Below are positions 26,002-34,094 of a DNA stretch of 43,739 bases, in pieces. Positions within the stretch are counted from its first letter, which is position 1. Each line of letters starts with the position of its first letter. A program made the position numbers and the translations under genes. Origin of the DNA: a virus; the IMG/VR virus record IMGVR_UViG_3300033148_003279, positions 1-43,739 of that record; one strand, given 5' to 3'. Under the pieces are notes generated by a model that was given only the letters and a program-made list of their open reading frames with translations, did not search any database and was not told the origin of the DNA.

Positions 26002-26163
26002 TCACCTCTCCGCATCGTGGAGAAACCACGCGATCAGCGCCGCCATCAATGCATTGACCGGCGTATGGATGGGCTCAAGCACTGGGAATATCTCACAAGC
26101 AGCATTCCAGAGCACTGTAAAGACGGCCGTAATCTTCGTTCTCCTACCCTTCAGTTTCAGCAT
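26002..26163 (-). CDS. small two-TM membrane protein (53 aa), holin-like
   Basis: Below the track cutoff. Reads MLKLKGRRTKITAVFTVLWNAACEIFPVLEPIHTPVNALMAALIAWFLHDAER. TAATG overlap with the upstream gene. Confidence 0.45.
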   Translation of the reverse strand: MLKLKGRRTKITAVFTVLWNAACEIFPVLEPIHTPVNALMAALIAWFLHDAER

Positions 26164-26396
26164 TACTCATCTCCTGTACGCCTCAAATGCTCCTCAAGAC
26201 GTTGAGTGAGGAGCGCCTGATTCCTATCAACCTTTATCAAAATCTCCATCATTCGCTTATGCTCAACAGCCAACCTCTCTACTCTCGCCGAGTTGTCGCT
26301 GACCGTCTGGCTCAGGGCACCATACCCAAACGCTCCTGCTGTGAGGGCCGACGCACCCATCACCACAGTAGCCCAACTAATCTTCTTCACTCGCAT
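26163..26396 (-). CDS. N-terminally anchored membrane protein with a coiled coil (77 aa)
   Basis: TM segment ISWATVVMGASALTAGAFGYG. SD aaaggagg lies next to the ATG/GTG. The start is uncertain. Confidence 0.45.
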   Translation of the reverse strand: MRVKKISWATVVMGASALTAGAFGYGALSQTVSDNSARVERLAVEHKRMMEILIKVDRNQALLTQRLEEHLRRTGDE

Positions 26397-26440
26397 CCTC
26401 CTTTTCTGTATGTTGGGGCTACGCCATCGAATAGACCGCA

Positions 26441-26740
26441 TTACATTGGAGGCATTACTGATGTGGTCATCCGGACGGGGAGGATCACAACATCCGCTGT
26501 ATCGCTCTTTCCCGCCAGCACGACCACATCCGCACTCATCTCCGCTGCCGTCAAAGTAATCTTATACTCGCCGGGGCATTTCGTCGCATCGACCTCCGCA
26601 GGCGATCCAGAGGGAGCGACAGCCGTCCCATCCCGAATCAGCCGCAACGTATGATTCGTTGAGTCTCCCGTCTTCCCTACGCTATTCGCCGTATCCCACG
26701 CAGTGTAGGTTATGGTGATTGACTTGCCTCTTATTGCCAT
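26441..26740 (-). CDS. tail-fibre-associated small beta protein (99 aa)
   Basis: ATG 26740 has SD ggag 9 nt upstream. Contains the motif EVDATKCPGEYKITLTAAEM. Confidence 0.4.
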   Translation of the reverse strand: MAIRGKSITITYTAWDTANSVGKTGDSTNHTLRLIRDGTAVAPSGSPAEVDATKCPGEYKITLTAAEMSADVVVLAGKSDTADVVILPVRMTTSVMPPM

Positions 26741-26767
26741 CACTTTTGGCTCCGTTCGCACATTCGA

Positions 26768-27301
26768 TTACTCCATCATGCTCTCAAATAGTCCAGGAGG
26801 GACCCCACCCGACTCCACCTCCCACCCAACGACATCGTAAAGATCGCCAGTAAAGGTATATCCCGCGCAACCAGGTCCACTGAGGTCGGGAACTATCGTA
26901 AACTTGAATCCCTTCACCGACTCTCCTCCAGACCCAATCGAGTATTCCCCATCGATACTAACCTGCCCAGATTTTCCAGACACAACATCCCGCCAAGCGT
27001 CATTATAATAGGCATATAGATGCCACAAAACCTTACCATCTCCGCAGGGTGATTGTGCCTGAAACTTGAGCCATGCCTTACTGAGCGATTTCTCGGTTGC
27101 GTCATCTGGTCCAGTAGCACTCTCGCCATACCACATCTCCAGAATCGCCATATACCATGTCATGCCGCCAGCGTCAGGCAATATTGCCCTTGCATAAGTA
27201 GTTACCGAATCATCGATAGCATTGCTCGGACTATTCCAGTATGTTGGCGAAGTGCTCTTATCGTATGCCTTATCAGGTCTGATCCACTCATCCGACATCA
27301 C
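26768..27301 (-). CDS. hypothetical beta-rich protein (177 aa), possibly a tail accessory or binding module
   Basis: ORF track. Overlaps the upstream gene by 14 nt. Confidence 0.45.
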   Translation of the reverse strand: MMSDEWIRPDKAYDKSTSPTYWNSPSNAIDDSVTTYARAILPDAGGMTWYMAILEMWYGESATGPDDATEKSLSKAWLKFQAQSPCGDGKVLWHLYAYYNDAWRDVVSGKSGQVSIDGEYSIGSGGESVKGFKFTIVPDLSGPGCAGYTFTGDLYDVVGWEVESGGVPPGLFESMME

Positions 27302-27578
27302 CTGACTCCACGCTCAGAGTCCATCGCTCCGGCACCTTCTGCTTGGCGAGTTCTGCATCAGCCTCAGCCATCAGCAATCGCTCAACCTCCGCCTTTACCT
27401 CTGCCATCACAGCAGGCAGCAGAGCCTTATCCTCCAGACTTGTAGTGATTGGCACCTGTACGACGCGGATGCCGAGATACTCTTTGCCCTCGATCACGAA
27501 TTCGAGCGTCAGGAGGTCGAAGCCTCCACTGTTTCGGATTATAGAGACGTTTCTACGAATGACTGCCACTTCAATCAT
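27288..27578 (-). CDS. hypothetical protein (96 aa)
   Basis: ORF track. ATGA-type overlap with the upstream gene. Confidence 0.5.
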   Translation of the reverse strand: MIEVAVIRRNVSIIRNSGGFDLLTLEFVIEGKEYLGIRVVQVPITTSLEDKALLPAVMAEVKAEVERLLMAEADAELAKQKVPERWTLSVESGDVG

Positions 27579-28078
27579 GATGATGCTCCATCCCCCAAAT
27601 CGACACGCGAACCAGGAGCCACTGCCGTCCAGTATGCCACGAACAACATCTGTCCATCCGATCCCGCCGCCCCAGTGATCTCGTAGAACACATCATGCCC
27701 CACTACCCCCTCCCACACAGCATCGGAGGTGGGCGTGAGGTATGGTGTAGGCAATCCGTTCTTCTGGAGGATTGCTCCCGTCTGCAGGGTAATCTGAGGG
27801 GATGCGTTGGTATAGTAGAGGTCAGTGTTCGACGACGGCCCTACCCCTTCAAACACGAATGCACCTCCCGCCGAGTCCAGACTCTCGGTCACCATGATGG
27901 CAAGACGCAGGTGGACAAAGCCCACAACGTGGAGGAGTCGATGCTTGGCCGCCGCATTCCAGGGGCCCAGAGCCATATCCGCCAGCAGACTTAGTCCATG
28001 CTTGAGAGGCTGCCCCGCCACAAACTGAGCATAGTCAGGGATGCCCGGATCGGTCCACTTATGTGTGATGTGTGCCAT
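27575..28078 (-). CDS. hypothetical virion/tail protein (167 aa)
   Basis: ATG 28078 (MAHITHKW) has SD ggagag. The track start at 28090 is TTG. Motif copy lies 13 nt upstream. Confidence 0.5.
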   Translation of the reverse strand: MAHITHKWTDPGIPDYAQFVAGQPLKHGLSLLADMALGPWNAAAKHRLLHVVGFVHLRLAIMVTESLDSAGGAFVFEGVGPSSNTDLYYTNASPQITLQTGAILQKNGLPTPYLTPTSDAVWEGVVGHDVFYEITGAAGSDGQMLFVAYWTAVAPGSRVDLGDGASS

Positions 28079-28091
28079 ATATCTCTCCAAG

Positions 28092-28116
28092 AGTTATTTC
28101 AAAGTCTGAAGAAACT
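28092..28116 (-). promoter_or_regulatory. palindromic motif copy 6 (degenerate): AGTTATTTCAAAGTCTGAAGAAACT
   Basis: Lies between the tailspike stop at 28120 and ATG 28078. Confidence 0.7.
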
Positions 28117-28119
28117 CGG

Positions 28120-30300
28120 TTAAGCCGGTTTTGCGTACGCTCCAGGAGTCAAAGGCGTATATGCGAGGGTCCAAACAATCTGCCCCGTACTAGCGGCCCC
28201 CATTGTTACGGTAATTGCGCTCGTGATGGCTTTCCCATACGCCGTAAACGAATGCTGGACAGCCGTTGCCGACCCCTCATACACGCTCACATCAGTAGTG
28301 CCAACAAGGGCATCACTCGCATCCTTGTTCCAGTGAATGTCGCTATCAACAGCAAACCCATCGATGTCCAGCGTACCCGCATCGAGATCGACAGCCGCTG
28401 CCGCCTGGGACGCTTTCACCTTCAGTGCCACCGTCGTCGCTTGGGCCTGGATCGCTTGACTAATGTGTCCATCAATGTTATCAATGCTAATCCTCCCGAT
28501 GAAATTGAACAAATCAACGGCGGAAGCAGTAAACGGAGAGCCATCCACCTTCGTAAGCAGAATCGGTCCCGTCCCTGAGTATGCAACATCACGATCGCCC
28601 CCTCCTGCAATCTCATACCCAGCAACTCCGTCCCAACAATTACGCACAATGAATGTCGATCCTCCGACAGTATCCACGACATCCTTCGTTACTGCAGCAC
28701 TCTTATTGTGGAACGTGCAATCCTCAATGAGTGCATTCGTACAAGCTCCTGTAGTGAAATCCACACAGGCCGTACTGAAAGTTCCACTGAAGTGGCACCC
28801 TCGAACGACGAGCCCATCAACCGGACCAACGATGTTTATTCCATGTGATGGTAAGGTATCAGCGACGTTGAACGAACACCTCTCAACGCGTAGACGATCA
28901 GCGGCGTTAGTAGTAAGAATGCAGCTCGAGATGTCAGTATCTGTATCAACTCCTCGAAACTCCAAATCTCGAAGCGTGACTCCCGCACCACTAATCGTAA
29001 CCGCGGCAGTTACGTCGGTTGTCCCAGAAACCGTAATGATCATATTCTCCAGCCGAACGCCGTTTCCGCTGATGGGGATATTACCCGCGGCATTCGTCAT
29101 AGTGATTATGGGTCGGTTGTCTCCCGTTCCCTCACCAATGATCGAAACATCAGCTATATCAGGGACAATGGACGTCGCATCAGCAACGTTCTCCGTATAC
29201 CGCGCATCTACATGAATGACGTTTGCTTCTGACGTGGTGCACTTATTGATGGCATTATCAATACTATCCAACGCCGTCGCCCACGACTCGCCACTGTTCG
29301 TTGAAGCCCCATCAGGACTTACATAGAAATGCTGTGTTGCGGTCGGAGCTCCAGCAATGGTTATAGGCCCACCTCCGCCTCCGGTCAGAGGGACAATGTT
29401 ACCCCCATCGGCCAGAGCTATGCCTACGTCCTCGCCAAGATTGACCTTACCCAGAACGAGAGCATTCTCAATCTCGCTGGCTCCACCAGCTCCGCCTAGA
29501 CGCCCCCTAAATCGAGTAACCATACCCGTCGCATTGGCATCAAAGGCAAGTAGGATGTTCTCAGTGGCTTCAGTCATGAGGGTGCAATCCTCAATGAGGA
29601 CATCCAACGCTTCGTCACCCTCATTCTTTATTACTCCCTCCTCCCAATCGCCCCCTCTGGCGGTCAATCTGCGGATGGTGCACTGATCGCAGCCGTTGAG
29701 ATGCACCGCGCAATGAGCATCTCCATCTCCTGTGTTTTGTCCCTCAATAACAATGTCTTCAAGAACAATGCGAGCGGCAGCTCCAACGGACAGCAGATCC
29801 ACTGCCTCGCAATCGGTCGCCTCAACAATCTCCAGCCTCGACAATCGCGATCCAGCTCCAGACACCACAATGGGTGCTGCCGCCGCATCGATGGCTATAC
29901 TAATCCGCACATTGTCGAGCAGCGTACCAGCTCCACTAAGGAGGATGTTCGCTCCCGCGTCCGTATCAATGGTTAGAAGGGGCCTATTGTCTCCGTAACC
30001 CTGTCCAATTACAGACACGTCAGCCTTATCGATGTCCAAGTCACCATCAGCACTAATGGACTCTGTATGGCTGCTGCCAAGCACGATGCGATCCCCACGC
30101 CCTGCAACGCATTGCGCAAGAGCGCTCTTGATGCTATCAAGGGGCGCAGTCCACGCACGGCCATACCCCGTAGTGGCTCCTGCAATGCTGTTCCCCTGTG
30201 CGTCAGTGGCATTCGCATTCACAAAGAACGTCTTGCCATAACCAAGAAAGGCGTCATCCAACCTCTCCGCAGTCACAGCAGTAAACCTATCATTCCTCAT
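28120..30300 (-). CDS. tailspike with two tandem right-handed beta-helix (pectate-lyase-like) modules
   Basis: 726 aa. The block W..(A/P)LDSI..A...C ... ADVS.IG.G.GDNRP..T ... SG.G..L.N ... VSGAG..L..LE occurs twice. SD gaggag. Confidence 0.6.
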   Translation of the reverse strand: MRNDRFTAVTAERLDDAFLGYGKTFFVNANATDAQGNSIAGATTGYGRAWTAPLDSIKSALAQCVAGRGDRIVLGSSHTESISADGDLDIDKADVSVIGQGYGDNRPLLTIDTDAGANILLSGAGTLLDNVRISIAIDAAAAPIVVSGAGSRLSRLEIVEATDCEAVDLLSVGAAARIVLEDIVIEGQNTGDGDAHCAVHLNGCDQCTIRRLTARGGDWEEGVIKNEGDEALDVLIEDCTLMTEATENILLAFDANATGMVTRFRGRLGGAGGASEIENALVLGKVNLGEDVGIALADGGNIVPLTGGGGGPITIAGAPTATQHFYVSPDGASTNSGESWATALDSIDNAINKCTTSEANVIHVDARYTENVADATSIVPDIADVSIIGEGTGDNRPIITMTNAAGNIPISGNGVRLENMIITVSGTTDVTAAVTISGAGVTLRDLEFRGVDTDTDISSCILTTNAADRLRVERCSFNVADTLPSHGINIVGPVDGLVVRGCHFSGTFSTACVDFTTGACTNALIEDCTFHNKSAAVTKDVVDTVGGSTFIVRNCWDGVAGYEIAGGGDRDVAYSGTGPILLTKVDGSPFTASAVDLFNFIGRISIDNIDGHISQAIQAQATTVALKVKASQAAAAVDLDAGTLDIDGFAVDSDIHWNKDASDALVGTTDVSVYEGSATAVQHSFTAYGKAITSAITVTMGAASTGQIVWTLAYTPLTPGAYAKPA

Positions 30301-30344
30301 CTTTCTTACTCCTCTGGCCGTCTAACGGCCTCTGCTGTTCGGCG

Positions 30345-30369
30345 AGTTCTTTCAACATTTGAAAAAACT
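30345..30369 (-). promoter_or_regulatory. palindromic motif copy 7 (degenerate): AGTTCTTTCAACATTTGAAAAAACT
   Basis: Lies in the 167-nt terL-tailspike gap, 44 nt before ATG 30300. Small hairpin 30316-30330 lies in between. Confidence 0.7.
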
Positions 30370-30467
30370 CATTACATATCACTTCTGCCATCTCGCCCTC
30401 ACCCATAATGAATCCACGAAGGTGATTCTGCTCATGGACAATCCGTCGGGCGATCCGACGAGCCACA

Positions 30468-32099
30468 TCATACGACGAAATCCCTTGACACATATGCCAC
30501 CTCCCTCCCGCGCCCTCGACCAATCATCTGGTTGAGGCGCCTACGCATACCCTCGAAGGTCAGCAAGGGCGGCCCCCCATTAGGGTCCTTTGCCCAGTCA
30601 GCCACAACCTTCTCCGCAACCCGCGCAGTTGGGCGACGAGCCAACTGAGTATGGTATGCGAGGGCATCGAGGAGGTCATCATGCCTCCCATTGGGATACT
30701 CATCCATTTCCTGTTCAAGGGCAGCACTGCGCCCCTGCTCTAAGAACAGTTGCCCCCTCGCACACAGCGGCTGAATCGATTCGATTCTTCGCTGCTTGGC
30801 TTCAGCAATATTCTTCGATTTCAATTCCAGCGTCTTGATATAGAGATTGTGATCCCTCGCATACGCATCAATCCACTTCTTATATGTCAATTGGGCAGCG
30901 ACGCACTCCACCCCCAAAACCCTCGCATTCCACCTCTCATACATCCTCACAGCCTCCTTCACCGTATCCTCTGGAGCCATTCGCTTCTTGACATAATCCA
31001 GCACATACCAGTTGCCCGACCCATCCGACCCTACCGCTACCAGAGCAGTATAATCGGAGTGCCTATGCTGTCGGTTAGCCGGATCGAGGGTGATGGCAAT
31101 CCACAAGTCTTCAAGATTGGGGAGGGCCGCAATGGAGTCATTGGGAGGGGTTCGACTCCAATACCTGCGCCACTCCTTCTTGAAGAGGTGATCCACCTCA
31201 GCTATGGGCTGATTCATGTACTGGGATGCCCACAAATATGGTCCGACCTCAGCCCGAATGTCATCCAGCACCCCCACTGGATATCGCTCGTACGTGGCCC
31301 TCCCCTCAGCGTCGAGTGCCGCCATCTCGAATGTGGCGACCAGGGGCGTACCATCGGCACGCTGAAGACCCTTGAGGTACGCGATGGGGTCATAGTGAGC
31401 CCATCGTGTTCCTGAGTGGTAGACGCGAGTCTCACTGGGATCAGTGAAATACGGACGGAGTTTCGAGATGAAGGAGATGGCAGTATCAATGTCATCTTTG
31501 GTCGGCGCTGCCTCCTCCCCCGTCCGGTCGTCTCGCTTCGCGGCTACTGGGTCATCGACGATGATTCTGCGATAATGGCGCCCCGTCATCGTAGTCGAGA
31601 CGCCGGCTGCCTCGAACGTCATTTCCTTGCTGACCACCTTGCGCTTGAGACACACCTGGCTGTCTGACCACTTCTCCGCCTCAGACGCGGACGCGGGGAT
31701 CACTTCGGGCCACAGTGCCCTCAACAGCTCGTTGCGCTCGATGGTCGTACGGAGCTCCCCAAGCATCTTCCTCGCGTTGTCATCGCTATTCGTGACCAGG
31801 AGGATGGTGAGGGATGGATCTTGGAGAGCCATCCAAAGGGGAAGGCTTAGGGAGTTGAGGGTCGATTTGAGGAATGAACGAGGGAGGACGAGGAGGCGAT
31901 GCTGAGGGCTTGGGGATTCGAGGAACTCACAGACGGCACGATGGGGATGCGGGCGTAAATAGTCCTTCTGAAGGATGACCCTCGCGAAGAGATAGAGAGA
32001 GGAGGAGGCGAGGACACGAATGGCAGCTACCCGCTCGGTCGGCGAGCCCCTCTGCAAAGCAGAGAGGAGGTCATTCTCCTTCAGTCGTTCGTTCGTCAT
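30468..32099 (-). CDS. terL: terminase large subunit
   Basis: ATPase motifs LLVLPRSFLKST and RRIIVDDPV. Nuclease-domain patterns ITLDPA...SDYTALV and GRHDDLLDALAY. Confidence 0.85.
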   Translation of the reverse strand: MTNERLKENDLLSALQRGSPTERVAAIRVLASSSLYLFARVILQKDYLRPHPHRAVCEFLESPSPQHRLLVLPRSFLKSTLNSLSLPLWMALQDPSLTILLVTNSDDNARKMLGELRTTIERNELLRALWPEVIPASASEAEKWSDSQVCLKRKVVSKEMTFEAAGVSTTMTGRHYRRIIVDDPVAAKRDDRTGEEAAPTKDDIDTAISFISKLRPYFTDPSETRVYHSGTRWAHYDPIAYLKGLQRADGTPLVATFEMAALDAEGRATYERYPVGVLDDIRAEVGPYLWASQYMNQPIAEVDHLFKKEWRRYWSRTPPNDSIAALPNLEDLWIAITLDPANRQHRHSDYTALVAVGSDGSGNWYVLDYVKKRMAPEDTVKEAVRMYERWNARVLGVECVAAQLTYKKWIDAYARDHNLYIKTLELKSKNIAEAKQRRIESIQPLCARGQLFLEQGRSAALEQEMDEYPNGRHDDLLDALAYHTQLARRPTARVAEKVVADWAKDPNGGPPLLTFEGMRRRLNQMIGRGRGREVAYVSRDFVV

Positions 32100-32626
32100 T
32101 CTGCCCCCTCGTCCGCATCCGGGACCGCAATGTCAATGCCGAACAAATCCCTTACCCCTGCACGGAGGTGGTCATTCAGCTCAGGAGTTATGACATTGGT
32201 AGTAACGTTGACCGTTGGGCCGCCTCGCCCCTGAACGCCCAAGCACTCAAGAATGGCCTTTGAAGCGCGGAGGCGAATCGAGGGGTCAGCATCGTCGAGG
32301 AGTTCGACTTGAGTAGCCGCAGCCAGCGGTCCAGCGGCCCCAAGAAGGTCAGCCACATTCTCCGCACACTCAGCGACTCGGTCGCCGAACACCTCCATTG
32401 CGCGGTCCTGAAGCATGACGAACATGTCGAGGAATCGAGGGTCGTCCTTGAGGCGGAGGATGGATCGCTCTTGGACATTCATTGATTCGGCGATGGCCCC
32501 TGCTGATTCTCCCTTCAACAGCCGCTCGGCGACCTCACCATAATCAGATGGGAGGACTCCGGGGCGGTCGGGAGAAGGAGGCGCCCCAATGCGATCCATC
32601 AGAAGGGCTCGACTGGAGTCGGACAT
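32096..32626 (-). CDS. terS: terminase small subunit (HTH)
   Basis: Overlaps the terL start. HTH GESAGAIAESMNVQERSILRL. ATG 32626 lies 18 nt downstream of the motif copy. The track start at 32743 would run through the motif. Confidence 0.6.
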   Translation of the reverse strand: MSDSSRALLMDRIGAPPSPDRPGVLPSDYGEVAERLLKGESAGAIAESMNVQERSILRLKDDPRFLDMFVMLQDRAMEVFGDRVAECAENVADLLGAAGPLAAATQVELLDDADPSIRLRASKAILECLGVQGRGGPTVNVTTNVITPELNDHLRAGVRDLFGIDIAVPDADEGAE

Positions 32627-32644
32627 TTGGACATCCCCTGGAGG

Positions 32645-32669
32645 AGTTGTTTCAGAGTTTGAAGAAACT
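32645..32669 (-). promoter_or_regulatory. palindromic motif copy 8 (degenerate): AGTTGTTTCAGAGTTTGAAGAAACT
   Basis: Lies 18 nt before the terS ATG 32626. It is the first element of the leftward arm. Confidence 0.7.
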
Positions 32670-32858
32670 TGACGGCCCTGGGGGCTGCTACTATTATAGG
32701 ATGTATTGTGGTGTTTGTCAAGGATATTCCGCGGAAAACTCATTGTGGCGGCCCGCTTCGGGTCGGGAGGGTCGTCAGCACAATAAGTGAAAAATATGAT
32801 GAAGGGATGAGGGAGGGGTTAGAGGAATTCCGCAGGGGGGCCTGGGGGGATGCCTCGC

Positions 32859-32890
32859 GCGCGCCCGCCTGCGCGCCCGCCCGCGCGCCC
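32859..32890. repeat. GC-only 12-bp tandem repeat gcgcgcccgcc(t/c), 2.7 copies, flanked by G6 runs. The minus strand has four GGG tracts.
   Basis: Direct reading. Confidence 0.85.
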
Positions 32891-32916
32891 AACCTTGAAT
32901 CATCGACGGCCCCCTT

Positions 32917-32970
32917 CTCGAATCGTGAATCTCTGAATCTCGAATCTCGAATGTGTGAAACTCTGAATCG
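32917..32970. repeat. iteron-like 7-8-bp periodic repeat (C/G)TGAATCT. There are seven GAATC cores between 32897 and 33001.
   Basis: Direct reading: tcgaatcgtgaatctctgaatctcgaatctcgaatgtgtgaaactctgaatcg. Confidence 0.75.
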
Positions 32971-33210
32971 CATTATGTCAACAATCATCAATCGATGAAT
33001 CTACTTGATCGACCGACCGACGGACCGCCGACGGACGATATGCACCCGCGGCCACAGACGCACAGAGCGGGCCACAGATACAATCCGATTGCATACCGGT
33101 ATCATTGCACCCCTAATCTAATATCAGTCTCAATTCGCCGGAGAATGCGTTGAACTCATAATTCGCAAATTCGCCCCCACACAATTGTGCGGTTTTTTCA
33201 CACCCCATCT

Positions 33211-33225
33211 TGTGGATAATCCACA
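33211..33225. promoter_or_regulatory. back-to-back DnaA boxes forming the 15-bp palindrome TGTGGATAATCCACA
   Basis: TGTGGATAA is the exact complement of the consensus TTATCCACA. TAATCCACA has one mismatch. Confidence 0.6.
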
Positions 33226-33437
33226 ACATATAGTATACCCGTCCACCCCACCCACAACATGTAACAATAACGCACAAGCCATAATGAAATAACGGATACT
33301 ATATGTCGTGGGTAACGTCGCGTTGACAACAAGACCTTGCGGAATCGGTCGCGAAAACAGTTAATTCATTCACGTTGCCGCGGGTTCGCCGTCGGAACGG
33401 GCGGCGAATTGACGAATTGAACGATTAGAAAGCATGC

Positions 33438-33519
33438 AATATGATATGATATATACATATATACATATATACATATATATATAATACTAATATATCTAAT
33501 AATATAATATATATATAAC
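33438..33519. other. AT-rich tract of ~80 bp containing (ATATACAT)n; candidate DNA-unwinding element
   Basis: Direct reading. Flanked on both sides by CCACA-type boxes. Confidence 0.5.
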
Positions 33520-33644
33520 GGTTTCAGATCTGTCAATTTTACAATTCCATAGAATCGCACCCGACGTGAAATAATGAATTAACCTTATACCATATCTTGT
33601 ATGTTTCGCGGCGAAACAGCATACTTTATACCATATATAGTGGA

Positions 33645-33656
33645 AGTTATTTCAAA
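33645..33656. promoter_or_regulatory. isolated left half-site AGTTATTTCAAA of the palindromic motif
   Basis: Identical to the left arm of copy 11. Lies inside the non-coding origin-like region. Confidence 0.4.
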
Positions 33657-33748
33657 ACTCGGCGTGAAATAATTGATTCGCGAACGCACGCCTTTACAAC
33701 CGTTGAATCCGCACCCACAACATGTAGTGTTGTCCACTATCGTGGACA

Positions 33749-33757
33749 CTATCCACA
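33749..33757 (+). promoter_or_regulatory. DnaA-box-like CTATCCACA (one mismatch), within a cluster of TGTCCAC / CCACAACAT boxes
   Basis: TGTCCAC occurs at 33731, 33742 (complement) and 33821. CACCCACAACATGTA occurs at 33250-33264 and 33712-33726. Confidence 0.45.
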
Positions 33758-33772
33758 ATACCGAACAAGACA

Positions 33773-33801
33773 CCTAAACTCTTTCCCTACAACAGTTTAC
33801 G
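33773..33801 (+). repeat. 29-bp direct repeat, copy A: cctaaactctttccctacaacagtttacg
   Basis: 28 of 29 identical to 33891-33919, 118 bp away. Confidence 0.85.
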
Positions 33802-33819
33802 TAAACCTTTGAAAAAACT
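33794..33819. promoter_or_regulatory. degenerate motif copy with a 2-nt centre: AGTTTACGTAAACCTTTGAAAAAACT
   Basis: The right arm is perfect; the left arm has 3 mismatches. Lies in the non-coding region between the two 29-bp direct repeats. Confidence 0.45.
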
Positions 33820-33890
33820 CTGTCCACGATACCGGACACCAAACCTTGAATCGTTGTCAACGCTGTTTCGTTACAGTTTTTTACAATTTC

Positions 33891-33919
33891 CCTAAACTCT
33901 TTCCCTACAACACTTTACG
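33891..33919 (+). repeat. 29-bp direct repeat, copy B: cctaaactctttccctacaacactttacg
   Basis: 28 of 29 identical to 33773-33801. Confidence 0.85.
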
Positions 33920-33956
33920 ACACCAAAACCGACAGTTTTCATTCAACATTCGCCAA

Positions 33957-33985
33957 TTGGCACAGTTTTTGCGCCTTATTATAGT
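33957..33985 (+). promoter_or_regulatory. candidate sigma70-type early promoter: TTGGCA, 17-nt spacer, TATAGT
   Basis: Hexamers and spacing were read directly. Lies about 110 nt upstream of the first rightward gene. Confidence 0.35.
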
Positions 33986-34094
33986 GTTCTTTGATAATTT
34001 ATGGCGGCAAGCCGACATCGTGTTAGGTTTCTCGGCCGCGTGGTGCGGCCACCAGTGCGATACGTTGGCATTGCCATAGGATAGGGGAAAGACA

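Noticed and set aside
30290-30523. 77-aa minus-strand ORF spanning the terL-tailspike gap
   Set aside because: It overlaps the terL 3' end in another frame and reads straight through motif copy 30345-30369 and the tailspike SD. The gap is better explained as regulatory.
33177-33198. ccacacaattgtgcgg followed by TTTTTT, as an intrinsic terminator of an unannotated plus-strand RNA
   Set aside because: The stem is only 6 bp with a mismatch and a 4-nt AATT loop. No upstream promoter or gene is evident.
33290-33420. A search for tRNA or other small RNA genes, e.g. around gcgggttcgccgtcggaacgggcggcgaa (7-bp stem ttcgccg/cggcgaa)
   Set aside because: No cloverleaf can be drawn: there is no acceptor or T-arm pairing around the GGTTCG string. 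I found no tRNA-like sequence elsewhere by eye. A tRNAscan run would settle this.
33417-33445. TTGAAC, 17-nt spacer, TATGAT as a sigma70-like promoter at the edge of the AT-rich tract
   Set aside because: The -10 box lies in almost pure AT sequence, where such hexamers arise by chance. The nearest downstream plus-strand gene is 650 bp away.
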